Part shown: positions 10,646-22,313 of the stretch, one piece after another | Layout: each line of letters starts with the position of its first letter | Position numbering within the stretch: position 1 is the stretch's first letter | From: Betaproteobacteria bacterium | Lineage (GTDB): Bacteria; Pseudomonadota; Gammaproteobacteria; Burkholderiales; Rhodocyclaceae | Reading direction: 5' to 3' | Assembly (NCBI GenBank): GCA_016868295.1 | Contig: VGHJ01000009.1 | Span: 901-64,900 of the forward strand | DNA: 64,000 nucleotides | Made by a program: the position numbers and the translations under genes | Notes under the pieces: generated by a model | The model's database searches: none | Seen by the model: the letters and a program-made list of their open reading frames with translations, nothing else | Told to the model about the DNA's origin: nothing

Positions 10646-11434
10646 TCAGTTGCGGGACGCCACTTGCTCATGGGTGGCACCTTCCCCGAACGCTTCCGAG
10701 ACCTTGCCGTCCTGCGACCCGGAATACGGGTCGAACTTCGGCGGATTGCCGTCATGGATCAGGCTCTTGCGGCGCTGCAGGTAGGCATCGCGAACGTAGC
10801 TGTACTTGTCGAGCGCCGCCTCCTCGATGATCTTGTCGGCCTTGAGCAGATCGGCACGGTTGCTGACGATGCGGACGGCCCACACCGTGTTGCGGGTCGC
10901 AACATGGTCGATATAGCTCAGCGGGTCGGTTGCGACATCGAACACGAGGCCGATCGTGTCGCGCGCCGTGCGCGGCCCGAAGAAGGGCCAGACGACGTAG
11001 GCGCCATCCTCCATGCCCCAGCGACCGAAGGTCTGGCCGAAATCTTCCTCGTGCTTCTCCATGCCCATGGTGCTCGCCACGTCGAGCAGGCCGAGGAATC
11101 CGATGGTCGAGTTCACCAGCACCCGGCCGGCATCGGAAGCGGCCTGGGCCGGCTTGCCCTGGAGGAGGTTGTTCACGCCGATCATGATGTCGGCGATGTT
11201 CGAGAAGATGTTCGAAATGCCCGTCTGGATCGGCGAAGGCAGGACGGCCTCGTAGCCCGTGGCCACGGGTTTGATGATGACCTTGTCGAGACCCTCGTTG
11301 AAACCGTACATGGCGCGGTTGAAGCCCTCGATCGGATCCTTCGGATTTCCGCTCGTGGCACATCCGCCCAGCAGTCCGGCAGCAGCCACAACCACCGCCA
11401 GCCTGCTGATTTGCCTGAAATAAGTCGTTTCCAT
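10646..11434 (-). CDS. mlaA: VacJ/MlaA lipoprotein
   Basis: Lipobox LLGGC; DPIEGFNR, EDFGQTFGRWG, YVVWPFFGP. Confidence 0.94.
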   Translation of the reverse strand: METTYFRQISRLAVVVAAAGLLGGCATSGNPKDPIEGFNRAMYGFNEGLDKVIIKPVATGYEAVLPSPIQTGISNIFSNIADIMIGVNNLLQGKPAQAASDAGRVLVNSTIGFLGLLDVASTMGMEKHEEDFGQTFGRWGMEDGAYVVWPFFGPRTARDTIGLVFDVATDPLSYIDHVATRNTVWAVRIVSNRADLLKADKIIEEAALDKYSYVRDAYLQRRKSLIHDGNPPKFDPYSGSQDGKVSEAFGEGATHEQVASRN

Positions 11435-11478
11435 CGGGGCGCCTTTCTGTTTTTTTCCGATACTCTAGCGTAGCAACG

Positions 11479-11949
11479 TCATTTCTTGTCTTTTCCTTCA
11501 GCCGCCTTGTCGAACAGGAACTGCCCGACCAAGTCTTCCAGCACCATGGCGGATTCCGTCTTCTTGACGGATTCGCCCGGCTTGAACACCTGTTCATCTC
11601 CTCCCACTGCCAGGCCGATGTACTGCTCCCCCAGCAGGCCCGACGTCCGGATCTTGGCAAAGGTGTCGCGCGGGAACTTGAACTGGCTGCTGATGTTCAT
11701 CGTCACCACCGCCTCGAAGCGTTCCGCATCCAGGCGAATGTCGCCAACGCGTCCCACCACCACCCCTGCGCTCTTCACCGGCGCACGGACTTTCAGGCCC
11801 CCGATGTTATCAAAATTTGCTTTGAGTACATAGGTTTCGCCGGTATTTGTAGAAGCCAGATTACCGACCTTTAGTGCTAAAAACAATAGTGCACACAGGC
11901 CGATGGCCACGAAAACGCCTACCCAGATATCCAATGTCATACGGTTCAT
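11479..11949 (-). CDS. mlaD: MCE-domain protein
   Basis: FDNIGGLKVRAPVKSAGVVVGRV, TSGLLGEQYI. Confidence 0.95.
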   Translation of the reverse strand: MNRMTLDIWVGVFVAIGLCALLFLALKVGNLASTNTGETYVLKANFDNIGGLKVRAPVKSAGVVVGRVGDIRLDAERFEAVVTMNISSQFKFPRDTFAKIRTSGLLGEQYIGLAVGGDEQVFKPGESVKKTESAMVLEDLVGQFLFDKAAEGKDKK

Positions 11950-12744
11950 TTACGCACCCCGGAACATGAATGCCGTCAGAATGAAATCGGCAGCAAGAAT
12001 AACCAGCGAGGAAGTCACCACGGTTCGGGTCGTCGCGCCCGACACGCCCTCGGCGGTGGGTTCGGAATCATAGCCCTCGAAAACCGCGATCCAGGACACC
12101 AGGATGCCGAACACCACGCTCTTGATGACGCCATTCACGATGTCCTCGCGGAAATCGACCGACGCCTGCATCTGGGACCAGAAAGACCCCTCGTCCACGC
12201 CGATCAGCACCACGCCGACCAGGTAGCCGCCGAAGATGCCCATGGCGGAAAACAGGGCCGCCAGCAGCGGCATGGAAATCACCCCGGCCCAGAAACGCGG
12301 CGCGACGACGCGGGCGATCGGATTCACAGCCATCATCTCCATGGCCGAAAGCTGCTCGGTCGCTTTCATCAGGCCGATCTCGGCGGTGATCGCCGATCCG
12401 GCCCGGCTGGCAAACAGCAGGGCGGACACCACCGGGCCCAATTCCCGAACCAGCGACAGGGCGACCAGGATGCCGAGCGCCTCCGAGGAGCCGTAGCGCT
12501 GGAGCGTGTCGTAGCCCTGCAGTCCCAGCACCATGCCGACGAACAGGCCCGACACAAGGATGATGATGAGGGAGAGGACGCCGGTGAAGTATATCTCCCG
12601 GATGGTCAGAAAGAAGCGGCGGAAGCTTGTGCCCGAATAGAGCAGTATGGCGAGGAAAAACCGGCTGGCGAAGCCGAGGCGCCAGATGCGCGAGGTGACG
12701 CGGTTGCCGAGGCCGCGCAGCGCCGAGGTCGCGCGGTCAAGCAT
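11950..12744 (-). CDS. mlaE: Mla ABC permease
   Basis: [30 protein letters not shown]. Confidence 0.95.
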   Translation of the reverse strand: MLDRATSALRGLGNRVTSRIWRLGFASRFFLAILLYSGTSFRRFFLTIREIYFTGVLSLIIILVSGLFVGMVLGLQGYDTLQRYGSSEALGILVALSLVRELGPVVSALLFASRAGSAITAEIGLMKATEQLSAMEMMAVNPIARVVAPRFWAGVISMPLLAALFSAMGIFGGYLVGVVLIGVDEGSFWSQMQASVDFREDIVNGVIKSVVFGILVSWIAVFEGYDSEPTAEGVSGATTRTVVTSSLVILAADFILTAFMFRGA

Positions 12745-13546
12745 GGGCTGCTCCGTAGATTTGTTCCCGGTAGGGCGCCGAAGGGTACTGGAACGGCACC
12801 GGACCATCCATCTCCCCCCAGACGAACTGGTGCACATAGGCCTTGTCCGAGGCCCGGATCTCGTCCGGCGTGCCCTCGGCCACCACCTTGCCGTCGGCCA
12901 TGAAATACACGTAATCGACGATCTGCAGGGATTCCTGAACGTCGTGGGTAACGATGATCGAGCTGCCGCCGAGCGCGTCGTTGAGCTTGCGGATAAGCTG
13001 GCCGATGACCCCCATGGTGATCGGGTCGAGGCCGGTGAAGGGCTCGTCGTACATCATCAGCAGGGGATCCAGGGCGATGGCCCGGGCCAGCGCCACGCGC
13101 CGCGCCATGCCGCCCGAGAGCTCGGCCGGCATCAGGTCCTGCGCCCCGCGCAGGCCGACCGCGTTCAGCTTGCACAGCACCAGGTCGCGGATCATCTCCT
13201 CCGGCAGATCGGTATGCTCGCGCATCTGGAAGGCGACGTTGTCGAACGCCGAGATATCGGTAAACAGGGCGCCGAACTGGAACAGCATCCCCATGCGGCG
13301 GCGCATCGCATACAGCTCGTCGACGTCCTGCTCGTGCACCACGCGCCCGTCGAACCGCACCTCGCCCTGGGTCGGCCTGAGCTGGCCGCCGATCAGGCGC
13401 AGGGTGGTCGTCTTGCCGCAACCGCTCTGCCCCATGATGGCCACGACCTTGCCGCGCGGGATGGTCATGTTGATCCCGGTCAGCACCGGACGACGATCGT
13501 AGGTGAAGTTCAGGTCGCGAATCTGGACGAGAGGCTCGTTCGACAC
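12737..13546 (-). CDS. mlaF: Mla ABC ATPase
   Basis: [41 protein letters not shown]. Confidence 0.95.
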   Translation of the reverse strand: MSNEPLVQIRDLNFTYDRRPVLTGINMTIPRGKVVAIMGQSGCGKTTTLRLIGGQLRPTQGEVRFDGRVVHEQDVDELYAMRRRMGMLFQFGALFTDISAFDNVAFQMREHTDLPEEMIRDLVLCKLNAVGLRGAQDLMPAELSGGMARRVALARAIALDPLLMMYDEPFTGLDPITMGVIGQLIRKLNDALGGSSIIVTHDVQESLQIVDYVYFMADGKVVAEGTPDEIRASDKAYVHQFVWGEMDGPVPFQYPSAPYREQIYGAAHA

Positions 13547-13711
13547 GAAGGAAATCCGGCGTTTTTGCAAGGCGGCATTCTATCAGAGCATGGCCGCGGC
13601 CATGATAGTGGCGTAGCCGCCCGGCCGCCGTGAAATATGGCACATCCGCTTATCTCGCCAGGGGCGGGTCTGCTATAGTTCGCCGCATGATTGCTTCGGG
13701 CAAGCGCTGGC

Positions 13712-15175
<1,464 letters not shown>

Positions 15176-15493
15176 CTGACCAAGGGAGAGACCGTGGGCA
15201 ACCTCAGCCTGGGCGACGAGTACGTGCCGAAGAACGCCGACGGCGGCCGCCTCGGCGTGACGGGGGACGCCGTGTTCACCGGCGCCACGCCCTGGGCCGC
15301 CAACTTCTTCATCTGCTCGTCGAACATCCAGGGCCGCTTCGCACGCCAGCTCGACACCACGGTGGATGACGGCAACACGACGACCGGCACGATGCGGGTG
15401 CTCTGCCAGAACGAGTGCGCGACGTCCAACGCCTACGTCGCCCTCACACCGGCGGAGGACGCCAACGTCTACACGGTCTGCGTCGGCAACTGA
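15176..15493 (+). pseudogene. 5'-truncated pilin-like gene (C-terminal half only)
   Basis: PKNADGGRLGV...ICSSNIQGRFARQLDTTVDDGNTTTGTMR...TVC resembles C-terminus of large type IV/pseudopilins; no GFTLxE N-terminus; frame begins at upstream stop codon. Confidence 0.55.
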
Positions 15494-15515
15494 GCGTCCC
15501 CTCTCCTGCAAGAAG

Positions 15516-15540
15516 AAGCCCGCCGCCCGGCGGGCTTTTT
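15516..15540 (+). terminator. Intrinsic terminator (possibly bidirectional)
   Basis: aagcccgcc-gccc-ggcgggctt followed by T run, between convergent genes. Confidence 0.75.
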
Positions 15541-15543
15541 CGT

Positions 15544-17511
15544 TCACCCCTTCAGCAGGCGGTTCTCGGCCGCCTCGAGCCCGTCGGGCACGCCCAGCAG
15601 CACCACCACGTCGCCGGCCTCGAGGCGCGCCTCGGGCGCCGGGCTGACGGCGCGGATGCCGCGGCGGCGGATGAGCGAGACCGACACGTCGAAGCGCTCG
15701 AGCCCGGCTTCCCCGAGCGTGCGGCCGATGGCCCAGGCGCCGGCATTCAGCGCCACCGAATGCAGGCGCGGCTGGCGCGCTTCATCCAGGTCGTCGGCGG
15801 CGTCCGAGGTGCCGTGGAAGAAGCCGCGCATGAGGTCGTAGCGCTGCTCGCGCACCTCGCGGAAGCGCCGCACGACGCGGTTGATGGGCACGCCGAGCAG
15901 CACCAGGGCGTGCGAGGCGAGCATGATGCTCGACTCGAGCACCTCCGGCACCACTTCGGCGGCGCCGGCCTGCGACAGCCGGTCGAAGTCGCTCTCGTCG
16001 GCGGCGCGCACCACCACCGGCAGTTCCGGCCGCAGCTCGCGCACCATGGCCAGCACGCGCAGGGCCGAATCGGGGTCGGCGTAGGAGACGATCACCACGC
16101 TGGCGCGCATCAGCCCGGCGGCGACGAGCGCCTCGCGCCGCGCCGCGTCGCCATACACCACCGTGTCGCCGGCGGCGGCGGCCTCGCGCACGCGCTCCGG
16201 GTCGAGGTCGAGCGCGACGTAGGAGACGCCCTCCTGCTCCATGAAGCGCGCCAGGTACTGGCCGCTGCGGCCGTAGCCGCAAATGATGGCGTGCTTTTCG
16301 GTCGCCATCGAGCGCGCGGCGATCTGCGTCAGCTCCATCGAGCGCAGCATCCATTCCGAGGCGCAGAAGCGCATCACCAGCTTCTCGCTGTGCAGGACGA
16401 TGAGCGGGGCGAGCAGCATGGACAGGGCCAGCGCCGCCGTCACCACCTGCAGGACGGGCGCCGGCAGCAGCGGCAGGTCGCGTATGTGGGCGATCAGCAC
16501 GAAGCCGAACTCGCCGCCGGCGCACAGCCAGAGGCCGCTCCTCATGGCGGTGCCCGGCGAGGCGCCGAAGGCGCGCGAGAGCCCGGCGACGAGGGCGAAC
16601 TTGCCGGCGAGGAGCAGGACGAGCAGGCCGGCCACCCAGGGCAGCTGGCGCACGATGACGCCGACGTCGAGGAACATGCCGACGGTGATGAAGAAGAGGC
16701 CGAGCAGCACGTCGCGGAAGGGCTTGATGTCCTCCTCCACCTGGTAGCGGTACTCGGTCTCCGAGATGAGCATGCCGGCGAGGAAGGCGCCCAGCGCCAG
16801 CGACAGGCCGGCCAGCTCGGTGAGCCAGGCCAGCCCGAGCGTGACCAGCAGCACGTTGAGCATGAACAGCTCGGTCGAGCGCCGCCGGGCGACGATGTGG
16901 AACCAGCCGCGCATCAGGCGCTGGCCGAAGAAGAGGATGAGCGAGAGCACCACGGCCGCCTTGGCCGCCGCCACGGCCAGGGTGCCGGCCATGGCCTCCG
17001 CCGGCTGCGACAGCGCCGGCACGACGATCAGCAGCGGCACCACGGCGAGGTCCTGGAAGAGCAGCACGCCGATGATCTCGCGTCCGTGCTTCGACTCGAG
17101 CTGCAGGCGCTCGGCCAGCATCTTGACGACGAGCGCCGTGGAGGACATGGCGAGAATGCCGCCCAAGGCGATGCCGGCGGATAAAGTCAGTCCCGCCGGC
17201 ACGGCGACGGCGAGGACGAGCAGGATGGTAAGCAGCACCTGTGCCAGGCCGAGGCCGAAGACGATGCGCTTCATGCTGTAGAGGCGCGGCAGCGAGAACT
17301 CGAGCCCGATGGAGAACATGAGGAAGACCACGCCGAACTCGGCCAGGTGGTGCGCGGCGGCGGAATCGGGCACCAGGTCGAGGGCGTGCGGCCCGATCGC
17401 CGCGCCCACCAGCAGGTAGCCCAGCACGGGCGGCAGGTTGAGCCAGCGGAACAGCGCCACCACCAGCACCGCGGAGGCGAGAAGGACGAGCACCAGTTGC
17501 AATGTGGTCAT
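15544..17511 (-). CDS. CPA2 cation:proton antiporter with TrkA-N/TrkA-C domains (KefB/KefC/YbaL-like)
   Basis: AEFGVVFLMFSIGLEFS, LLFQDLAVVP, IKPFRDVLLGLFFITVGM, IICGYGRSG. Confidence 0.92.
   Translation of the reverse strand: MTTLQLVLVLLASAVLVVALFRWLNLPPVLGYLLVGAAIGPHALDLVPDSAAAHHLAEFGVVFLMFSIGLEFSLPRLYSMKRIVFGLGLAQVLLTILLVLAVAVPAGLTLSAGIALGGILAMSSTALVVKMLAERLQLESKHGREIIGVLLFQDLAVVPLLIVVPALSQPAEAMAGTLAVAAAKAAVVLSLILFFGQRLMRGWFHIVARRRSTELFMLNVLLVTLGLAWLTELAGLSLALGAFLAGMLISETEYRYQVEEDIKPFRDVLLGLFFITVGMFLDVGVIVRQLPWVAGLLVLLLAGKFALVAGLSRAFGASPGTAMRSGLWLCAGGEFGFVLIAHIRDLPLLPAPVLQVVTAALALSMLLAPLIVLHSEKLVMRFCASEWMLRSMELTQIAARSMATEKHAIICGYGRSGQYLARFMEQEGVSYVALDLDPERVREAAAAGDTVVYGDAARREALVAAGLMRASVVIVSYADPDSALRVLAMVRELRPELPVVVRAADESDFDRLSQAGAAEVVPEVLESSIMLASHALVLLGVPINRVVRRFREVREQRYDLMRGFFHGTSDAADDLDEARQPRLHSVALNAGAWAIGRTLGEAGLERFDVSVSLIRRRGIRAVSPAPEARLEAGDVVVLLGVPDGLEAAENRLLKG
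17182..17206 (+). repeat. Dispersed motif, exact copy inside CPA2 antiporter gene
   Basis: taaagtcagtcccgccggcacggcg. Confidence 0.85.
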
Positions 17512-17567
17512 GGGGGCGGAAGGGGCGCTTTGCTATACTTTCGCCCAAGTCTAATCAATTCGATGGC

Positions 17568-18560
17568 ATGAACCAAATCCGGGACATCGAGGCGGCCGGC
17601 AGGCAGGCCCTCGACATGGCGAGGCGGGTGCTCAGGATCGAGGCCCAGGCGGTGACGGACCTCGTCGTGCGCCTCGACGGCAGCTTCGCCCGCGCCGTCG
17701 CCCTCATCCTCGCCTGCAAGGGCCGCGTCGTCGTTTCCGGCATCGGCAAATCGGGCCACGTCGCGCGCAAGATCGCGGCGACGCTCGCCAGCACCGGCAC
17801 GCCGGCCTACTTCGTGCACGCCGCCGAGGCGGCGCACGGCGACCTGGGCATGATCACGCGCGAGGACATTCTCGTCGTGCTCTCCAACTCGGGCGAGAGC
17901 GACGAGCTGCTCACCATCGTGCCGCTCATCAAGCGCGAGGGCGGCAAGCTCATCGCCATCACCGGCAACCCGGCCTCCTCGCTCGCGCGCGAGGCCGACG
18001 CCCACCTCGACGCCGGCGTGGCCGAGGAGGCCTGCCCGCTCAACCTCGCCCCCACGGCCAGCACCACCGCGGCGCTGGCCATGGGCGACGCGCTCGCCGT
18101 GGCCCTGCTCGACGCGCGCGGCTTCGGCGCCGAGGACTTCGCCCGCTCGCACCCGGGCGGCGCGCTCGGCCGGCGCCTGCTCACCCACGTGCGCGACATC
18201 ATGCGTTCCGGCGAGGCGGTGCCGAAGGTCTCCGCCGGGGCGACGCTGGCCGAGGCGCTCCTCGTCGTCTCGCGCGGCGGCATGGGCATGACGGCGGTGG
18301 TCGACGCGCAGGAGCGCGTGCTCGGCATCTTCACCGACGGCGACCTGCGCCGCGCCCTGGAAAAGACCGAGAACCTGAAGGGCACCCCGGTCACCCAGGT
18401 CATGACCCGCAATCCGCGCAGCATCGGACCCGAGCGGCTCGCCGCCGAGGCGGCGCAGATGATGGAGGAACACAAGATCAGCCAGATCCTGGTGGTCGAG
18501 AACGGCGTGCTGGTGGGCGCGCTGAACACGCACGACCTCTTCCGGGCGAAGGTCATCTGA
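17568..18560 (+). CDS. kdsD: Arabinose-5-phosphate isomerase (SIS + CBS)
   Basis: GIGKSGHVARKIAATLASTGTP, HGDLGM, APTASTT, HPGGALG. Confidence 0.95.
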   Translation: MNQIRDIEAAGRQALDMARRVLRIEAQAVTDLVVRLDGSFARAVALILACKGRVVVSGIGKSGHVARKIAATLASTGTPAYFVHAAEAAHGDLGMITREDILVVLSNSGESDELLTIVPLIKREGGKLIAITGNPASSLAREADAHLDAGVAEEACPLNLAPTASTTAALAMGDALAVALLDARGFGAEDFARSHPGGALGRRLLTHVRDIMRSGEAVPKVSAGATLAEALLVVSRGGMGMTAVVDAQERVLGIFTDGDLRRALEKTENLKGTPVTQVMTRNPRSIGPERLAAEAAQMMEEHKISQILVVENGVLVGALNTHDLFRAKVI

Positions 18561-19132
18561 TGAAGCGCCTCGGCCAGGGCATCTTCCACATCGCCATCCT
18601 GGTGCTGCTGGTCGCCATCACCTTCTGGCTGGAGCGCGCCACGGAACTGAAGCGCCCCGGCAGCGACGGCCTGTTGCGGCACGATCCCGACTTCTTCGTC
18701 GAGAAGCTGACGATGCACCGCTTCGGCCCGAGCGGGGAATTGCAGAACACGATCGTCGCCGAGAAGATGGTGCACTATCCCGACGACGACACCACCGTCG
18801 TCACCGCACCGCGCCTCATCTTTCTCAAAGGGCCGCGGCCGACCCACCTCTCCGCCAAGCAGGGGCTGGTCACCCCGGACGGCCGCGAGGTCGTCTTTGT
18901 GGACAGCGTGCGCGGCGTGCGCGAGGCGACGAAAACCGATCCGGAGATGGTGTTCACCACGACGCACCTGAACGTCTTCCCGGACAACGACACCATGCGC
19001 ACCAGCGCCCCGGTCACCCTCGTGCAGGGCGCCTCCGTCGTGCGCGCCGTCGGCATGGAAGCCGACAACAAGACCAAGATCGTCGAACTGCTGAGCCAGG
19101 TCAACAGCACCATCGTGAATAAGCGACGCTAA
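18560..19132 (+). CDS. lptC: LPS export protein LptC
   Basis: N-terminal TM, HDPDFFVE, HYPDDDTT; lies between kdsD and lptA. Confidence 0.88.
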   Translation: MKRLGQGIFHIAILVLLVAITFWLERATELKRPGSDGLLRHDPDFFVEKLTMHRFGPSGELQNTIVAEKMVHYPDDDTTVVTAPRLIFLKGPRPTHLSAKQGLVTPDGREVVFVDSVRGVREATKTDPEMVFTTTHLNVFPDNDTMRTSAPVTLVQGASVVRAVGMEADNKTKIVELLSQVNSTIVNKRR

Positions 19133-19136
19133 AGCC

Positions 19137-19757
19137 ATGACAAACACACACACCCTTGCCCGCGCCGCCCTGTGCGCGACCCTCCTCGCCGCCGCCCTGC
19201 CCTGCCTGGCCGAGAAGGCCGACCGCGACAAGCCGGTCAACCTCGAAGCCGACAAGGTCACCGTGGACGACATCAACAAGGTGCACGTCTTCGAGGGCCG
19301 CGTCACCCTGAGCCAGGGCACCCTGGTCATCCGCGGCGACAGGATCGTCGTCAAGCAGGACGCCGAGGGCTACCAGAGCGGCGTGGCGACGGCCAATCCG
19401 GGCGGCGTGGCCTACTTCCGCGTCAAGCGCGACGGCAAGGAGGAGTACACCGAGGGCGAAGCCGAGCGCATCGAGCACGACTCGAAGACCGAGGTCACCA
19501 AATTCTTCAACCGCGCCTGGGTGAAGAGCGGCCAGGACGAGGTGCGCGGCCAGTACATCATGGTGGACGGCCGCAACGAAAACTACTCGGTCACCAGCGG
19601 CCCGGCCGGCTCGGTCGCGCCCGGTCGCGACAGCCGCGTGCGCGCCGTGATCCAGCCGAAAACAAAGGACAAGGGCAAGGACACCGATCCGCAGGCTGCT
19701 TCGACGGGCGCGCCCGTGCGCCTGCAAATGGCGCCCGGCATCGCCAACCCACGATAG
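19137..19757 (+). CDS. lptA: LPS transport periplasmic protein LptA
   Basis: Signal peptide, [35 protein letters not shown]. Confidence 0.92.
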   Translation: MTNTHTLARAALCATLLAAALPCLAEKADRDKPVNLEADKVTVDDINKVHVFEGRVTLSQGTLVIRGDRIVVKQDAEGYQSGVATANPGGVAYFRVKRDGKEEYTEGEAERIEHDSKTEVTKFFNRAWVKSGQDEVRGQYIMVDGRNENYSVTSGPAGSVAPGRDSRVRAVIQPKTKDKGKDTDPQAASTGAPVRLQMAPGIANPR

Positions 19758-19765
19758 GAAACGTC

Positions 19766-20542
19766 ATGACGTACGAAAACATCATCGTCGAGACCCGCGG
19801 CAAGGTCGGCCTCATCACGCTCAACCGCCCGAAGGCGCTCAACGCCCTCAACGACGCCCTGATCGACGAACTCGGCGACGCGCTGGGCAAATTCGAGGCC
19901 GACGAGGCCATCGGCGCCATGGTCATCACCGGCTCGGAGAAGGCCTTCGCCGCCGGCGCCGACATCGTCGCCATGAGCACGATGGACTACATGGACGTCT
20001 ACAAGGGCGACTTCATCACGCGCAACTGGGAGCGGGTGAAGACCTGCCGCAAGCCGGTCATCGCCGCGGTGGCCGGCTTCGCGCTGGGCGGCGGCTGCGA
20101 GCTGGCGATGTCCTGCGACATCATCATCGCCGCCGACACGGCCAAGTTCGGCCAGCCGGAGATCAAGCTCGGCATCCTGCCCGGCGCCGGCGGCACGCAG
20201 CGCATGCCGCGCGCCGTGGGCAAGGCCAAGGCCATGGACCTCTGCCTCACCGCGCGCATGATGGACGCCGCCGAGGCCGAGCGTGCCGGGCTGGTCTCCC
20301 GCGTCGTGCCTGCAGACAAGCTGGTCGAGGAAGCGCTCGCCGCCGCCGAGACCATCGCCGGCTTCTCGCTGCCGGTGGTGATGATGGTCAAGGAGTGCGT
20401 CAATCGCGCCTACGAGAGCGGGCTCGACGAGGGCCTGCTCTTCGAGCGCCGCACCTTCCACGCCGCCTTCTCGCTCGCCGACAAGAAGGAAGGCATGGCC
20501 GCCTTCGTCGAAAAGCGCAAGCCGGACTTCAAGAACAAATAG
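19766..20542 (+). CDS. Enoyl-CoA hydratase
   Basis: [46 protein letters not shown]. Confidence 0.95.
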   Translation: MTYENIIVETRGKVGLITLNRPKALNALNDALIDELGDALGKFEADEAIGAMVITGSEKAFAAGADIVAMSTMDYMDVYKGDFITRNWERVKTCRKPVIAAVAGFALGGGCELAMSCDIIIAADTAKFGQPEIKLGILPGAGGTQRMPRAVGKAKAMDLCLTARMMDAAEAERAGLVSRVVPADKLVEEALAAAETIAGFSLPVVMMVKECVNRAYESGLDEGLLFERRTFHAAFSLADKKEGMAAFVEKRKPDFKNK

Positions 20543-20562
20543 TCAGTCACTTCCGGACGGCG
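20538..20562 (+). repeat. Dispersed motif, exact copy spanning two convergent stop codons
   Basis: aatagtcagtcacttccggacggcg. Confidence 0.85.
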
Positions 20563-21428
20563 ATGGCGACGCCGAGGGCGGCGATCGCCATGCCCGCGAC
20601 GGCCGTCAGACCGAGCTTCTCCCCGAAAATCAAAAAGGCCAGCAACGCCGTCGTCGGCGGCGTGAGATAGAACAGGGCCGAGACGCGCGTTGCCGCGCCG
20701 CGCCGGATCAACAGGTGCAGCAGGGAGATCGCCCCCAGCGACAACACGAAGATCAGCCAGCCCAGCGCGAAGGCGAACCGGCCGCTCCATTCGATGCGCA
20801 TCGTCTCGAAGGCCAGGGCGAACGGCAGCAGCACCAGCGCCGCCGCGACGAACTGGATCACCGAGCCGCTCCACAGGTCGAGTTCGGCGCAGAAACGCTT
20901 CTGGTAGAGCGTACCGAGGGTGATGCTGCCGAGTGCCAGTGCAGAAAACACCAGCCCGGCGCCGCTCAGCCCGGCCAGTCCCAGTTTCTCCCACACCACG
21001 AGCGTCACCCCCGCGAAGCCGAGCACCAGGCCGGCCCACTGCCGGGCGCTGACCCGCTCCCCCACCATCGAAGCGCTGAGAAAGGCGGTCAGCAGCGGCT
21101 GGATGCCGACGACGAGCGCCACGACGCCCGCCGGCATGCCGCGGTGGATGGCGAGGAAAACCCCCGACAGGTAGCCGCCATGCAGCAGGATTCCCGCAAT
21201 GGCGATGTGAAACCAGTGCTCCGGCCGTTGCGGCCAGGGCCGCCGCAGAACCAGCGCCAGCGTGCCGAGCAGGCCAATCACGCAGGCAAAGCGGACGATC
21301 AGAAAGGTGAGGGGCTCGGCATACGGCAACCCCAGCTTGGCGCCGATGAAGCCGGTGCTCCAGAGCAGCACGAACAAGCCGGGAGAAACGGCCAATAACC
21401 ATATTCTGGGCAAGTCTTTTTCGGTCAT
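20547..21428 (-). CDS. DMT/EamA-family transporter
   Basis: WSTGFIGAKLGLPYAEPLTFL, SALFYLTPP; ~10 TM segments. Confidence 0.9.
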   Translation of the reverse strand: MTEKDLPRIWLLAVSPGLFVLLWSTGFIGAKLGLPYAEPLTFLIVRFACVIGLLGTLALVLRRPWPQRPEHWFHIAIAGILLHGGYLSGVFLAIHRGMPAGVVALVVGIQPLLTAFLSASMVGERVSARQWAGLVLGFAGVTLVVWEKLGLAGLSGAGLVFSALALGSITLGTLYQKRFCAELDLWSGSVIQFVAAALVLLPFALAFETMRIEWSGRFAFALGWLIFVLSLGAISLLHLLIRRGAATRVSALFYLTPPTTALLAFLIFGEKLGLTAVAGMAIAALGVAIAVRK

Positions 21429-21544
21429 TTATTTCGAAAGGCCTGGTTGCATCGCGACAAATGAAACCATTCATCGCAACAAAGTTAAGTGCTTACTAAC
21501 TTATATCTGATTGTTAACAATAAAATTATAAAACGCTAAAAATA

Positions 21545-21597
21545 TTTTGTGCTCTGCACAAAATAGTTCTTGACTTGGCACATGCCGCCCTTATAAT
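21545..21597 (+). promoter_or_regulatory. phaP sigma70-type promoter with upstream inverted repeat (candidate PhaR operator)
   Basis: TTTTGTGC-tct-GCACAAAA 21545-21563; TTGACT 21570-21575, 16-bp spacer, TATAAT 21592-21597. Confidence 0.65.
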
Positions 21598-21683
21598 TGA
21601 ATCGTGCTGCAATGCAACAAACGATTATTCGACTGCTGCGCGATGCAATTTGATTTTCAACTTTTTCATTGAAGGAGAGAGCA

Positions 21684-22241
21684 ATGTTTACCACCCCGGA
21701 ACAACTGGCCACCGCCAACAAAGCCAACGTCGAAGCCATGCTGACCCTGGCCAACACCGCGTTCGCGAGCGCCGAGCGCTTCGCCGCGCTGAACCTGAAC
21801 ACCGCCCGTGCCGTGCTGGAAGACGGCGTGAACAACGCCAAGTCCCTGCTCGGCGCCAAGGACCTGCAGGAAGTCGTTTCCCTGCAAGCCACCCTGGCCC
21901 AGCCCGCCGTCGAGAAGGCCGTCGCCTACTCGCGCAGCGTGTATGAGATCTCCGCCCAGACCCAGGAAGAGTTCTCCAAGCTGGTCGAGGCCCAGTTCGC
22001 CGAAGTGAACAAAAACGTCGCCTCGACGCTGGACAAGGCCGCCAAGTCGGCCCCGGCCGGTTCCGACGTCGCGGTCGCCGCGGTCAAGTCCGCCATCGCC
22101 GCCGCCAACTCGGCCTACGACACCATGAGCAAGGCCGCCAAGCAGGTCGCCGAGATCGCGGAAGCCAACGTCGCCGCCGCGACCAACGCCACCGTCAAGG
22201 CTGTCGGCGCCGCCCAGACCAAGGCGAAAAAAGCCGCCTAA
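21684..22241 (+). CDS. phaP: Phasin (PHA granule protein)
   Basis: FTTPEQL..ANKANVE, ERFAALNL, AVKSAIAAANSAYD; Ala/Lys-rich tail. Confidence 0.93.
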   Translation: MFTTPEQLATANKANVEAMLTLANTAFASAERFAALNLNTARAVLEDGVNNAKSLLGAKDLQEVVSLQATLAQPAVEKAVAYSRSVYEISAQTQEEFSKLVEAQFAEVNKNVASTLDKAAKSAPAGSDVAVAAVKSAIAAANSAYDTMSKAAKQVAEIAEANVAAATNATVKAVGAAQTKAKKAA

Positions 22242-22285
22242 GTCTCAACCTCCTCCTCCCGCCCCGCGCAAAGCGGAGCGATTCG

Positions 22286-22313
22286 AACCCCGGCTCCGGC
22301 CGGGGTTTTTTTT
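22286..22313 (+). terminator. Intrinsic terminator of phaP
   Basis: aaccccggc-tccg-gccggggtt followed by a T run. Confidence 0.85.
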
